A stretch of 64,000 bases of DNA. Origin: a virus. The position numbers and the translations under genes are program-made. The notes beneath the pieces are model-generated. The model was not told the DNA's origin. It did not search any database and worked only from the letters and a program-made list of their open reading frames with translations. The stretch covers positions 32,001 to 96,000 of the IMG/VR virus record IMGVR_UViG_3300042566_000678, one strand, 5' to 3'. Positions within the stretch are counted from its first letter, which is position 1; the number at the start of each line of letters is the position of its first letter. Below are positions 47,427-58,556 of the stretch, piece by piece.

Positions 47427-49358
47427 ATACCTGAACTTCTTGTATTGTTTATTTCTTTAATGTAATATACTTCCTTTATATTCTTATCCATTATATCCAC
47501 CCACCTACATACTTTGTAGTACGTCTTTCCATTATCTTCTATTTCATACATAGCATCCGTATAGGATTTCACCTTTACACCAGTTGATACTTTATATTCT
47601 ATATCATTTAATATAATTATCTTTTCCATTATGGTATTGTAGATATTCTACATTTTATTCCATCTTCACTTTGAAACTCCCAAATAGTATCAGTTTGCTC
47701 AATAGTATATGATGCATATTTAACCTCTATCTTTTCATCGTATTCTTTAAGAAAAGAAAACCTACGAAATCCATTTGTTTTAGGATTTTGTATGATAAAC
47801 TTTTTCTTTTGGTTTGGGAATGCATCTACGCATTCTGGTCTATTCTCATCCCATAAATAAGCAGCTGATGCATAAAAGCAGTTATCCGTTTTGTTCCAAC
47901 GGAATTGGTTAATGCTATATTTATAGTTTTTCATAACTTATTGATTTTCTATTGCTCTACAAACTGATACAAAGTTTTCTAATAACTCTGCATCTTTAAT
48001 CTTATGATGTCCGTTGTCCAATAGTTCAACTATCCATCCACCATTTGCTTCTACTTCATCGTGCGCACACGTCAACAACGAAATAGCAGGATAATCATCT
48101 TCTTTCAGTAAATCTAATGAATAATAGTAGTATGCAGGTCCACCTGCTTCTTCTTCGCTAATTAAGTTCTTTTCAAAACCTAGCTTTTCCAATAGTTCTT
48201 CTGTAATTTCCATATTATTGTGCTTTACGAATATTCATTTTTGAGTTCTTCACTTTTGCTTTAAGTGATGTGTTAGTATTCATAGCGGATTTAGCATTAC
48301 TTTTACCTGCTCCAGCTTTTGTTTTATTGGTAAGTAAAATATCACCAATAAGTTTTAGGTTTGCCTTTCTGTCAATTGGTTGACCTACATTTGATTTACC
48401 TTCGTTTAAGTTTTCCATAGTTATTTGATTTTGTGTTTTTTCATAAAATTCAAAACCTCACTTTCCTTAAACACATTGTTTTCTGGTCCGTATTTTGTAA
48501 TCCACTCTTTTGCATCATTTCCTTTGAAAGTTTGTTCTTCAATTCTTTCTCGTGAGTGTAATACATAGAATATCTTATGCTCTAAATTATTTATATAATC
48601 AGCCGTCATTGTTGAGTCTGTACCAAACATTTTAATATATTCGTCCATTCTATCTGCCAACGTTGATTCTTTATCAGTTAGTTCGTTCTTTTCTTCCATA
48701 TAATTATACAATTGTTTCTTCAAACATTACATCTTGTATCTGCTCTAAAAAATACATTTGATTTTGCTGTCTCAATACTAAATTACAACCCAACGCCTCC
48801 TTTATACCATTATGGTCCTTAACCTTTTCGGCTGGGTATGTTGCATGGATAATGTATAAATTATCTTGATATTTCATAAAATCTTTCCGGAAGGGGTTCT
48901 TTGTCATTTTCTTTTGGATAACCGATTTGATAATCTACATCTAATTTATGTCCCCAATTATAAGGATTAAAGTTCATATTGAGCGTGATTGTACTAACTC
49001 CATCATCTTCAACGGAATCGTATAAATCACTAACTGCTTTGATTATTAGCTCTCGCTTTTGTAGTTTTGTAACATCTTGCCATTTCATAACTTATTCTTC
49101 TTCTAATTTACGTTCTGCAACCCAAGCACTATCTCTTTTAGCCACATCTTCTGTTAGTTTATTCTGCAACCTATAATACTCATAAGAAACTGAATCCAAT
49201 TTGAATTTCATTTCAGAGTATTTGTTTTTCTTTTTGGTTTCCTTTTCAGTATAGCGAGTGTAACTAACCGTTGCTATAAATAAAAGAATAGAAGATAAGA
49301 ATATCTGTGTATTGTTATCTATAAAAAATTGTGTAACTTTTGTTATAAATGTTTTCAT
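47423..49358 (-). other. Run of about 8 small hypothetical ORFs
   Basis: Coupled ORFs of 67-101 aa. 47938-48213 resembles 20003-20329. Confidence 0.5.
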
Positions 49359-49396
49359 GTAAATGGTTGGTTATATTCACCAATAAATATACACTT

Positions 49397-49816
49397 TTAC
49401 AATAATTTTTTAATAGATTTTGAGTATCTTCTACTACCACTATAATACTTATCCAAGTATCTAAAGTAATCGTTTTTACTACGGATTTTACCTATAAATC
49501 TATCCTGAAAGTATTTGTAATCAATCACACTTTCTTGCCAAGATAGGTATCTTGCATATCCAAACTGCTTACCAACTGCCGTTGTGTAACGGCTTCTCGC
49601 AACTCTCATTCCGAACATATTGTTGTTGTATCGGAACAACTTTGAACGAAAACTGCCTGTTTCCCAAACTGCTTGCGCCCATACTATTTCTGGGTATTGA
49701 ACACCCAAACTATCCATGTACTTTAATACTACTTCTTTTTCGATTTTAGATTTTATAACTATTGGTTTTGCTAATGCTGTATTTACTATTAAAATTAAAC
49801 ATATCAATAATCTCAT
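49397..49816 (-). CDS. Glucosaminidase (GH73-like) peptidoglycan hydrolase
   Basis: AQA.WETG...NN.FGM...Y.SW..SV.DY plus a signal peptide. Confidence 0.8.
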   Translation of the reverse strand: MRLLICLILIVNTALAKPIVIKSKIEKEVVLKYMDSLGVQYPEIVWAQAVWETGSFRSKLFRYNNNMFGMRVARSRYTTAVGKQFGYARYLSWQESVIDYKYFQDRFIGKIRSKNDYFRYLDKYYSGSRRYSKSIKKLL

Positions 49817-50108
49817 ATTTTCCTTTGTTTGGTGATAGAATTACGGATGATTTCATTCTTGTCTACTCTCTTTCCGTTTTTATATACACGCAACTCTTCA
49901 GAGCCATCGGCGTGTGTTACGATAAAACTATGTATTTCATCATCTTTTTTGAATAACTGCTTTAACCAATTAAAAAATTTCATTTGATTTAAGATTTTAC
50001 AAATATAACAATTTTTACTCTGTTCACCAAATGATTTTGGTGATTTTTTCGGGGGATGGTTTGACCCGTATAATAATAAGTATAACCAAAATTACAAAAA
50101 CCTACACC

Positions 50109-50789
50109 CTAAAGTGTAGGATTTGTATTATAGAAAGTATCTGTATCACTATCCCAACAAATTATCGGATTTTTTATCATATAATTTTCATCTAACAAAG
50201 ATGCGTTGATGGATGTGGTACTAAATGCTTCATCGTATAACTTACCACCATCCTCGTGAATGTGTCCAAAGACGTGTATTTTTGGTTTTACTATCTGAAC
50301 CTTTTGCTTTAACATTTCACAACCACAAGAGGTATGTGTGTATTTAGTAAAATCAAATCTGCCAAATGGTGGGCCGTGTGTAATAAGAATATCAGTATCA
50401 TCTGGTATTAGATTTACCTTTGTACCAATGATACCACCACGCGGTTTCATAAACGCCCAATTACCAAACAAAGGAGTCCAAGGAGAACCCCATATTTTGA
50501 ATCCATTCAACTCAATTCCACTATCGTTAAGATATATTAGGTCTTTATCTTTTAAGAGTTCCTGTGTAAGCTCTTGATGTTCTAATCCAAAGTCGTGATT
50601 ACCTGCTATAAAGATTTTATATTTGTATGGTAATCCACTAAACCACTCTACAAAATCCTTTAACTCATCCGGCTTACCTACATTACTAACATCACCAGCG
50701 TGAATGATACAGTCACCCTCTGGAAACTGATATAGTTTTTCCACCTCACGATGTAACCCGTGAGTATCTGATATAAATACAAATTCCAT
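50109..50789 (-). CDS. Metallophosphoesterase
   Basis: SDTHG, HAGD, GNHD, THGPP and GHIHE motifs. Confidence 0.9.
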   Translation of the reverse strand: MEFVFISDTHGLHREVEKLYQFPEGDCIIHAGDVSNVGKPDELKDFVEWFSGLPYKYKIFIAGNHDFGLEHQELTQELLKDKDLIYLNDSGIELNGFKIWGSPWTPLFGNWAFMKPRGGIIGTKVNLIPDDTDILITHGPPFGRFDFTKYTHTSCGCEMLKQKVQIVKPKIHVFGHIHEDGGKLYDEAFSTTSINASLLDENYMIKNPIICWDSDTDTFYNTNPTL

Positions 50790-51180
50790 TTGATTAGATT
50801 TTTAGGTCTTTACACTCTTGCACAATATCTTGTTCATTAGCGTAAATATCCTTTACTTTGTCCAACGCTTCATTCCAAGCGGTTTCTGCGATTTTGGTAG
50901 CATCTTCTACCTTAATATATTTTGAACTAACTCCCTTTGAATCTTTAAGACTTAAAAAGGATGTTCCGTATAGTTTAGTTTCCCACATCATTTTTTGTAG
51001 ATTTTTGGATATAAGTATTATCCTGAATCATTTTGTATAAAATAATAAGCTGGTCTTTTGATAAATTACCTGTTTTTTCTAAATGATTTTCACAGGAATA
51101 TACAAAGCCCAGCTTATATTCGTATTCTCTTTTAAGTCTATTTATGATATTTCTATCTCTGTAACCTTTTTTGTTTTGCA

Positions 51181-51636
51181 CTATTTACCCATTTTAAGAG
51201 ATAAACCTAATCCTAATGTGAAATCAGAACCAACTAAATTACCAATTGTCCATAATTTCAAATCACCATTAGCTTTTAATGGATTGTACATTAAGAATAC
51301 ATTTGGTTTAGTTCCATTTAATGTTGGTTGAATACCAGCACCAAACATCCACTTACCATCAACTACTTGACGAAGAATACCATATTTCATTTGACCTGAA
51401 ATAGTACCTGTCTGTGTGTTAATTGCAGGAATTGCAATGTTTCCATTTGCTTGCGCAGCTTGTATTTCTGTATAAGGTAAACCTGCGTAGATTCCCCATC
51501 CTTTTTTGATGTATCCTGCAGTAATGTACCCATCTGATGGACCACCCTTTCTAGTTGCAGAAAACAACCACTCTTGTGCGTTTGCGGCAGTACTCATTCC
51601 GAATACGATAGCCGATAATAATAATAATTTTTTCAT
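51181..51636 (-). CDS. Putative outer-membrane beta-barrel or secreted protein
   Basis: Signal peptide ending ANA/Q, Gly/aromatic strands, LGLGLSL near the C-terminus. Confidence 0.5.
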   Translation of the reverse strand: MKKLLLLSAIVFGMSTAANAQEWLFSATRKGGPSDGYITAGYIKKGWGIYAGLPYTEIQAAQANGNIAIPAINTQTGTISGQMKYGILRQVVDGKWMFGAGIQPTLNGTKPNVFLMYNPLKANGDLKLWTIGNLVGSDFTLGLGLSLKMGK

Positions 51637-51686
51637 AATCTGTTTTTTGTTCCCATATAAATATATAGTTTTTTAGAAAAACAAAT

Positions 51687-53978
51687 CTAATCAAGTTCAC
51701 TCATATACTCCAAAAATGGATTAGTATTAATAATTCTTGTATTAGATTTCACTTCTCTATCAACCAATGCTTTCTTATCAATCAAAGGTTTTACTTCCTT
51801 AAATTTCAATTTAGATACCATCTCAACTACACATACCCAATTATAAAACTTACGTCCCAACACATCTGCGGATTTAACCCTGTACTCCATAGCATAACCA
51901 ATGTAGCCTGAACTTGAATGAGATGCTCTATAACGTTTACGTGAATTTTCGTAGTAATAAAATGTTTTCATTTATTTTAGATTTTAAGTTTTACAAATAT
52001 AACAAATTAAAATGAGTTTTACAAATAATTAAAGGTAAAGTTTTAGAACAATCGCTGTAGTCCTTTGGTGTTTGCTCTCTTCAACTGAATATCCATTTCG
52101 GATTTGGTAGTTACCTCTTTACATTTCTTTTTATACCACCAATACAAATCTTCTAATGTTTTGAAACTACTTTTTAGGTTCATAGCTTTCTCCCACAAAT
52201 CATTATCAAACTCCTTCTTTAAATCATTCTGTAATTTCCAAAGGATTTTGTTTTCGTTGGCGAATGCTTCTAATTCCAATTTGATTGCCTTAAGTCTTTT
52301 CATTCTACTGGCTTCCATCGCTTCGTAAATACGATTATTTTCCTCTGTACCTTTATAGTTCTTATAGGTCAAATCATATACTTTCTGTGCTTCGGCTCTT
52401 GTATCTTCTGCTTCCTTAAACATATAAGAATAGCCATAATCACCATTACGAATTTTAAGTAACAATGGAGCATCCTCTTTAAGAGGTTTTTGGGGTCTAC
52501 CTTTTGTAAACCATCTGAACTTATTATATCCCATTACACAATACGATTTATATCTCGTATATAATCTGATAGTAATTCGGCTTCGTAAATATCCTGCTCC
52601 GTTAGGTTACATTCAATTTCCTCATCTAAAAACAAATCCAATGGTGGATTGTTATACTCTACATCATCATAAACCGATGAAGTATCCATGCCCAATGTTT
52701 CCAAGTAATACTCTTTTGTTCTGCTCATAACTTTTATTTTTATAATGTAAATATACAAAAAATATTTTACAATTCCAAGCATTTATTAAAATAAATCTGC
52801 CATAGTTAGAGGACCATTTTTATATGGTGCAATATCTAATTCATATGTAGTTTCATCAATTTGTGTATATGGTAGTGAATCCTTCAAAGGTCTAATTGCT
52901 TTTGTTCCAACCGAACCTTTCCACATTACCGCTAAATCCGCATCATATACTAAATTATCTTCAGATGAAAATATATATTTGCTTTGAATTGGGTTTGCAT
53001 CTATAAAATAGATATTTTCTATAATAGTATCACCCTCTTTCATAATAACTTTGTCCATTAAATTCATACTAACTCCTGTTTTTTAAGTTTATTTTGTTGT
53101 CTTTTGTACTTTTTCTCTGCTGATAAATATAACTCCCAAAACCTTTCCTTCCAATAATCTACGGATTTGGTTTCTTTTTTATCATATCGTAGAACACGTT
53201 TCTGCTTTCCGTTACGTGTCATAATCCATTCACCGAATATAGGTAAGTAGGCTGGAACTATATAATCTCCACCATGCTCTCTACTATGGTTGGCTAAATA
53301 GGTAATACTTTGTTGTGCTAGTTCCATAGCTTCATTAAAGTTTTTGGAATCTATAAACCATTTGGTTTGTTCTATTGTTAGTGATACGTTCATATTATTT
53401 GGCGGATTGAGATTTAACTAATGTGATTAATTTGAGTGGCGAAAGTGTCTGACCGAATATCAAATGTGATAAGATATTCAATCCAATTGCTTCCCAAAAA
53501 GTAATGTAACGTAATCCGAAGATTGATGGAACTATCCAATTCCATACATACATTAGTGGTGCACCCATCAAAATTAGTGAGGATAATCCTATAAATAATA
53601 TTCCAACTATTAAGTTTAATCTATCTGTATTCATAATTTTAAGTTTTAATCGAACCATTGTGAACGATTTGTTTTTACATTTTTAATTTGAGGGTCTTTA
53701 TACTTTGGGTCACCACCCAATTTTTCAGCTGCCTGTGCTATTTCGTTTGAACGAAACTCATCACCAACTCTACCAATCTCCTTTGCAGTTTTTAACTCTT
53801 CAGTAGATAACTCACCACCATTACTCAATGCTGCGAATGTTTTAGCGTGATAGGTATCTAAAGGACGAGTGAATTGTTTTAGATATTTGGCTTTTGAATC
53901 TAAATACTCAAAGAAATCTGCTTCATCTAAACAATTTAATTCGTTTTGAGTTAGTTCGTTTTCTGGATTGTATTTCAT
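51687..53978 (-). other. Run of 7 hypothetical ORFs
   Basis: ORFs at 51687, 52043, 52534, 52786, 53064, 53395 (membrane) and 53646. No family recognised. Confidence 0.5.
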
Positions 53979-53985
53979 ATTAGTA

Positions 53986-54020
53986 TAAAATAATGGCTGG
54001 ATGTTTTCACACCCAGCCGT
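53986..54020 (-). terminator. Intrinsic terminator
   Basis: TGGCTGG/CCAGCCG stem after the AAA gene. Confidence 0.6.
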
Positions 54021-54030
54021 AGTGAATTAA

Positions 54031-55251
54031 TTACCAAACAATGTTTTCTTCATCATTAGCTTCAACCTTTTCTTCAAACAATGGTTTATCACCACTCTCA
54101 TCACGAAGATACTTTTGAACTAATTGTTTGATGTAAGTACGTTCTGAATCAATACCACCATCCGTAGAATAGAATGGGAAGATAGAGATTTCAGCGGCCT
54201 CAACCAAATTGAAACCATCATATAACAACCCAGCTAACTCCACACTAGCACGCGTAGATACTGCCGTACTCAATTTACCTGCTTCATTACGAATCTGGTC
54301 ACGAGTGTGAGCGGCGATTTCAGCAACTGCATTCAAGTCATAAGAATCAACGCCTGGATACAACATCGTAAGTAACTCCAACTCTTGCTCTTTATCAAGC
54401 ACATCAACCTCAATCGTAGTGAATCGGTCCATAATAGCCCGGTCAAGAACACGCGTTGATGTATATTCATTACCGATGTTAGCCGTTGCGATGAAAGTAA
54501 CCCCCTCTGCAACAGGAACGATTGGTGAACCTTCAGCCTCATCCAAACGTAAGTAACGTTGTCCCTGGTCTAACACACTCATTAAGATGTTCCATGCTTC
54601 TGGGTGAGCTCTACTCAACTCATCTAATAAGATAACTGCGTTAGGAGTTTTGATTGCCGTAACGAAAGCGGAATCAGAGAAGAAAGTACCCTTTTGTTTA
54701 TCAAAGTGAGTATTACCAATTAATGCTGCTCTCGGGTCCTGCGTTGCTCCCAAGTTAAAGTAATGGAAAGGTCTTCCTAATGCTTCAACCAATGCTTTAG
54801 CTGCCAACGTCTTACCCGAACCAGCAGGTCCAGTCATCATAATGTTACGAGCTCTAACTGCTGAACGGATTAAATATTTCCATTTCAAATCAGTCATAAT
54901 TAACGATTTCGGTTTTAATGCTACCGAACTATTTTGGATAAAATCCACAATAGCGTTGTGTTCTTTTGGAATCTCATTCGTAGGTTCTGCGTTGGTAGTG
55001 TTTAATGGTTTAACCAACTTATCATACTCTTTCATATCTACTAATCGGTAGGTTTTGTTACCCAATTTGTTAATGTGTCCTCGAACTGCTTTGTTAGTTC
55101 GTAGTGCCTTTGAGCGGGTGATTTGATTTAATTTAACGCCGGTTGTAACATCACCTTGTGTGTTCAACATTTGGATTCTACCATTAGATAATTTCTCTAA
55201 TTTGTAAATCTCATTAGTGTAACCGAACTCTGAATTTTTTAACTTTGTCAT
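54031..55251 (-). CDS. MoxR/CbbQ/CobS-like AAA+ ATPase
   Basis: GPAGSGKT, ILLDELSR, TAN, DRA..DRF and STR motifs. Confidence 0.9.
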   Translation of the reverse strand: MTKLKNSEFGYTNEIYKLEKLSNGRIQMLNTQGDVTTGVKLNQITRSKALRTNKAVRGHINKLGNKTYRLVDMKEYDKLVKPLNTTNAEPTNEIPKEHNAIVDFIQNSSVALKPKSLIMTDLKWKYLIRSAVRARNIMMTGPAGSGKTLAAKALVEALGRPFHYFNLGATQDPRAALIGNTHFDKQKGTFFSDSAFVTAIKTPNAVILLDELSRAHPEAWNILMSVLDQGQRYLRLDEAEGSPIVPVAEGVTFIATANIGNEYTSTRVLDRAIMDRFTTIEVDVLDKEQELELLTMLYPGVDSYDLNAVAEIAAHTRDQIRNEAGKLSTAVSTRASVELAGLLYDGFNLVEAAEISIFPFYSTDGGIDSERTYIKQLVQKYLRDESGDKPLFEEKVEANDEENIVW

Positions 55252-55305
55252 AGGAATTGGATTTATGTTTTATGTTTAATAATTAGTAACTCTCTCAATG
55301 TTTAG

Positions 55306-55337
55306 TAAAGATACGCAAAATAATTGATAATGTCAAG
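55306..55337 (-). promoter_or_regulatory. Early-type promoter
   Basis: CTTGACATT...TGCGTATCTTTA, 20-nt spacer. Confidence 0.75.
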
Positions 55338-55369
55338 GTAATTGCCAAATATTTTTGAACTTTTTTTCA

Positions 55370-57529
55370 TTATTTTTTAAGAAATAATTCGTTCAAAGTT
55401 TTGGTGATTGGAACTAAACCATTTACATCAATAAATTTAGCATCCTTACCATACATTTCAGAAAACACTTTCTTTGAACTTTCGTATGGTGTGTAATCAG
55501 ATACAAAGTAACTCAACACCCCAATACCACGTTGTTTGATTCTCTTAACCATTTCAGCGGTGTGCTTACTTGCTACCTGACGAGAATAGTTAATTGAATC
55601 ATTACCAAAGTTTGGTTCACCATCTGAAATGTTTAGGAAATAGGATTCCAAATCGTTAGATGATTCAACAAAGTGTTTCATAATTGCTTCGAAACACAAA
55701 CCTTCAGGTGTAGTACCATTTGGTTCTAATGCTGCTACCAATTGTTTAACCTTTGTAAACTTATCAGTACGAGAATCGTATGCAATAACCATATAAGGTT
55801 TACTATTATTCCAGCTTCCACCATCAATTGTTGAACGAACTGAAACCTGTACATCCAAGTTGTTTACCATCGTAGCTGCTTTACAGATAGCGATTGTAGT
55901 GGTCATTGCCTGTCTCCATCTATCACCTGCCATAGAGCCAGATGCATCTAATGAAATATGAAGAATGATTTTCTTAAATTTATCAACCTCTTTAGTGTAG
56001 AAAACGTTTTGGTAATCATAACCCAAAGCAGAAACCAATCGGCGGTCAATTCGTCCATTTAACTGACGATTGTAAACCGTATCACGTTCTTCACTACGAA
56101 CTTGCAATCTCTTACCCAATAAAGTTCCCAATGCTAATCCCTTTTGTAAGGTATTCTCATCAACAACCAACTCTTTAGTTCTCCAATCCTGTCTAGCCAA
56201 AGGAAATGCTTCGGATTTCATCAACTCTTCTGTCAACTTTTTAACCACTACCACCTGCGTTTGAGGAACTTTACCCACACCTTCGATAGTTTCACCAGCA
56301 ACATTCACCAATTCAGTACCCGATTTAGCAATCTGTTCTAATGCTTTATCATCTTTGTTAGTGATTGTTTTCTTTTTAGTTTCACCTTTTAAGAAATCTT
56401 GTTGTTTCTTAATTGCTTTCTCTAATTTCTTACGATTAGCTTCACTTAAACCAGCACCTTTATCAGAACCTTTACCTTCAGATTCTTTAACTTTAACCTT
56501 ACCTTTAAGTGGTTGGTTTAGAGAAGCAGATGGACCTGAATCAGAACCCGAATCACCATCTTCTGAATCATCAAACTCAACCTCTAAATCATCATCTTCT
56601 TCACCATCTTCACCCTGTCCGTTGCCAGAACCCTCACCTTTCTCTTGTGGTCCATCCTGCGCATCTTGCTTACCATTACCATTCTTTTCATCCTCCAGCT
56701 CATCAGCGATAGATTGAATGATAATCTCAACAATACCTTCTGCAATCTCAACTGATTGTTGAGTAGAGGTGATACGATTGATATTGTTTAAGTTTAACAA
56801 TTTAGAAATCTTACCTAAACCTCTCAACTTTGATAAGTTAGTGTTGGGGTTGGTGATATTGATAATACGGAACAAATAAGAATCAATTGTTTCCGTAGTA
56901 TATTCATTTGAAAGTAATCCTTTATCAATAGAAGCATCGTTGAAATATGTATCATATAAAGAACGATAGTAATCTCGGTAGCCAGGGCAGGTAGTGTAAA
57001 CGTGATTGTCAATACGTTTATCTTCTACATAGTTAGTTAAGTTCTTAACCAAATCCCAAATCCGTTGTTTAGCCCAATTTTGGTGAGATTGATTACCTCT
57101 ATCTACATTTTCAACCACATCTAAATACTTATCAACCAATGTAGGATTGGCTTTGTAATTAACAAAGGTTTCAAAATCAGTAAGAACAATGTGAGATGCT
57201 TCGTGCAATGCTAAACCAACCGTAGAATCAAACTTATCTGGCTTCAAATCAGAAGAGATAGTAACAGATTTACCATCGGTATAAGAATCACCTTTGACGG
57301 TAAAACGAACAGGAATGTTTCTGTTAGTAAGGATATTAACAAAGTTAGAAATGGCTCTACGATGAGCATTTAACTTTAAATAATGTAGGGTAGAGTTTTC
57401 AGTAGCAGTTCTGGTAGGAACATCTGAATCATCCAAATCATCCCAACCATAATCTAAATCGTAATCATTAGCCCAAAAAGAAGTGGCTGATTTGGTAGAT
57501 GTTTTACCTTTGAAGAAGTTGTTTATCAT
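55370..57529 (-). CDS. CobT-like protein: HExxH domain, acidic linker, VWA domain
   Basis: ALHEASH, N.VED.RI, DASGSM (MIDAS), GTTP and ISDGEP motifs. Confidence 0.85.
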   Translation of the reverse strand: MINNFFKGKTSTKSATSFWANDYDLDYGWDDLDDSDVPTRTATENSTLHYLKLNAHRRAISNFVNILTNRNIPVRFTVKGDSYTDGKSVTISSDLKPDKFDSTVGLALHEASHIVLTDFETFVNYKANPTLVDKYLDVVENVDRGNQSHQNWAKQRIWDLVKNLTNYVEDKRIDNHVYTTCPGYRDYYRSLYDTYFNDASIDKGLLSNEYTTETIDSYLFRIINITNPNTNLSKLRGLGKISKLLNLNNINRITSTQQSVEIAEGIVEIIIQSIADELEDEKNGNGKQDAQDGPQEKGEGSGNGQGEDGEEDDDLEVEFDDSEDGDSGSDSGPSASLNQPLKGKVKVKESEGKGSDKGAGLSEANRKKLEKAIKKQQDFLKGETKKKTITNKDDKALEQIAKSGTELVNVAGETIEGVGKVPQTQVVVVKKLTEELMKSEAFPLARQDWRTKELVVDENTLQKGLALGTLLGKRLQVRSEERDTVYNRQLNGRIDRRLVSALGYDYQNVFYTKEVDKFKKIILHISLDASGSMAGDRWRQAMTTTIAICKAATMVNNLDVQVSVRSTIDGGSWNNSKPYMVIAYDSRTDKFTKVKQLVAALEPNGTTPEGLCFEAIMKHFVESSNDLESYFLNISDGEPNFGNDSINYSRQVASKHTAEMVKRIKQRGIGVLSYFVSDYTPYESSKKVFSEMYGKDAKFIDVNGLVPITKTLNELFLKK

Positions 57530-57553
57530 AGTATCTATCTTTTAATGTATATA

Positions 57554-57690
57554 CAAATATAGTGAAAATAATTGAGAATGTCTAATGGTATTTTACCAAC
57601 TTTTGGTGTTATTTTACCCAATATTGATTTTATTTTATATCTAACTCTCATTACCCTATAAAGATACGCAAAATATATGATAATGTCAAG
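57554..57690 (-). promoter_or_regulatory. Two tandem promoters
   Basis: TTAG-N20-TATATTTG at 57554-57585 and CTTG-N20-TATCTTTA at 57659-57690. Confidence 0.7.
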
Positions 57691-57717
57691 CTTTTTCTTA
57701 AATATATTTTTGGACAT

Positions 57718-57743
57718 AAAAAAACCTCCCACTTTGGGAGGTC
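57718..57743 (-). terminator. Intrinsic terminator
   Basis: ACCTCCCA/TGGGAGGT stem with a T tail. Confidence 0.75.
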
Positions 57744-57763
57744 TAATTATTAAATAGGTTTAA

Positions 57764-57925
57764 TTATTTAGCTACTGAATCAACTGCCGCCGAATCTGTT
57801 GCTACCGAATCTGCTGCAACAGTATCAACTGCTACTGAATCTGCTGCTGCTTCTGTGTTTTTCTCACCACAAGCTACTAATCCTAATCCTAATGCGATAA
57901 ACGCTACGAATAATAAATTTTTCAT
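57764..57925 (-). CDS. Small lipoprotein (53 aa) with D-S/T repeats
   Basis: MKNLLFVAFIALGLGLVACGEKNTEAAADSVAVDTVAADSVATDSAAVDSVAK. Lipobox LVAC. Below the track cutoff. Confidence 0.75.
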   Translation of the reverse strand: MKNLLFVAFIALGLGLVACGEKNTEAAADSVAVDTVAADSVATDSAAVDSVAK

Positions 57926-57935
57926 ACTTTTTGTT

Positions 57936-58256
57936 TTATTGTTTATTTGTTTTTGGTTTATAATAACGTCTTTTTTTCTTTACAGGAACTTCGTTTCCTT
58001 TTACTACATCAGCTACTTCGCCCATTTCTTTGGCTACTTTCTTAACTGCTTTAGTAACATCTTCAACTTGCTCCTTAACTTTTTCAATCTTTACCTTTGT
58101 TTCTGTAAAGGTTTTGTTTACTTCTGCAATAGATTCCTCTACTACATCTGGGATTGAATCCCCATCCGAGTCTTTAATTTTACCACCTTTGGTAAGTAAG
58201 TAGACCACACCAACTGCAACCGCTGCTAATGCGAGAATGATTAGAATTGTATTCAT
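57936..58256 (-). CDS. Membrane-anchored coiled-coil protein
   Basis: N-terminal TM helix and a DSDGDSIPD motif. Confidence 0.55.
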   Translation of the reverse strand: MNTILIILALAAVAVGVVYLLTKGGKIKDSDGDSIPDVVEESIAEVNKTFTETKVKIEKVKEQVEDVTKAVKKVAKEMGEVADVVKGNEVPVKKKRRYYKPKTNKQ

Positions 58257-58289
58257 TTATTTTTATTTATTTGGTTACTATTATAAATA

Positions 58290-58556
58290 TTAATCTTCGC
58301 CATATAACGAAAATCTTTTCTGTGGGACTTCCACTTCAACTTTGGTAACTATTTGAATAGTTCCTTCCCTCGCATCAATATAGAATTGAGTGCTACCATA
58401 CGATTGAAACCATGCTTCCAAAGCATCTGTAAGAGAACCGTAAGTTTGCCCAGCACCGATTGTCAAACCATTACCCTCTTTAGCAGCTTTCCATCTATCT
58501 CCAGGTGGAAATCTATTAAAAATAACCTTACGTTCTTCTTTAGTTTCTTTTTCCAT
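58290..58556 (-). CDS. Hypothetical protein
   Basis: 88 aa ORF. Confidence 0.5.
   Translation of the reverse strand: MEKETKEERKVIFNRFPPGDRWKAAKEGNGLTIGAGQTYGSLTDALEAWFQSYGSTQFYIDAREGTIQIVTKVEVEVPQKRFSLYGED

Noticed and set aside
54031-57529. Cobalamin genes cobS/cobT
   Set aside because: No cobN or other cob genes are present. A generic MoxR/VWA pair explains the motifs, so no symbols were assigned.
33203-57732. Alternative minus-frame ORFs (33203-33547, 34662-34856, 36046-36228, 54333-54542, 56824-57012, 57535-57732, also 20874-21080)
   Set aside because: They overlap better-supported genes or run across promoter DNA and show no protein-like motifs.
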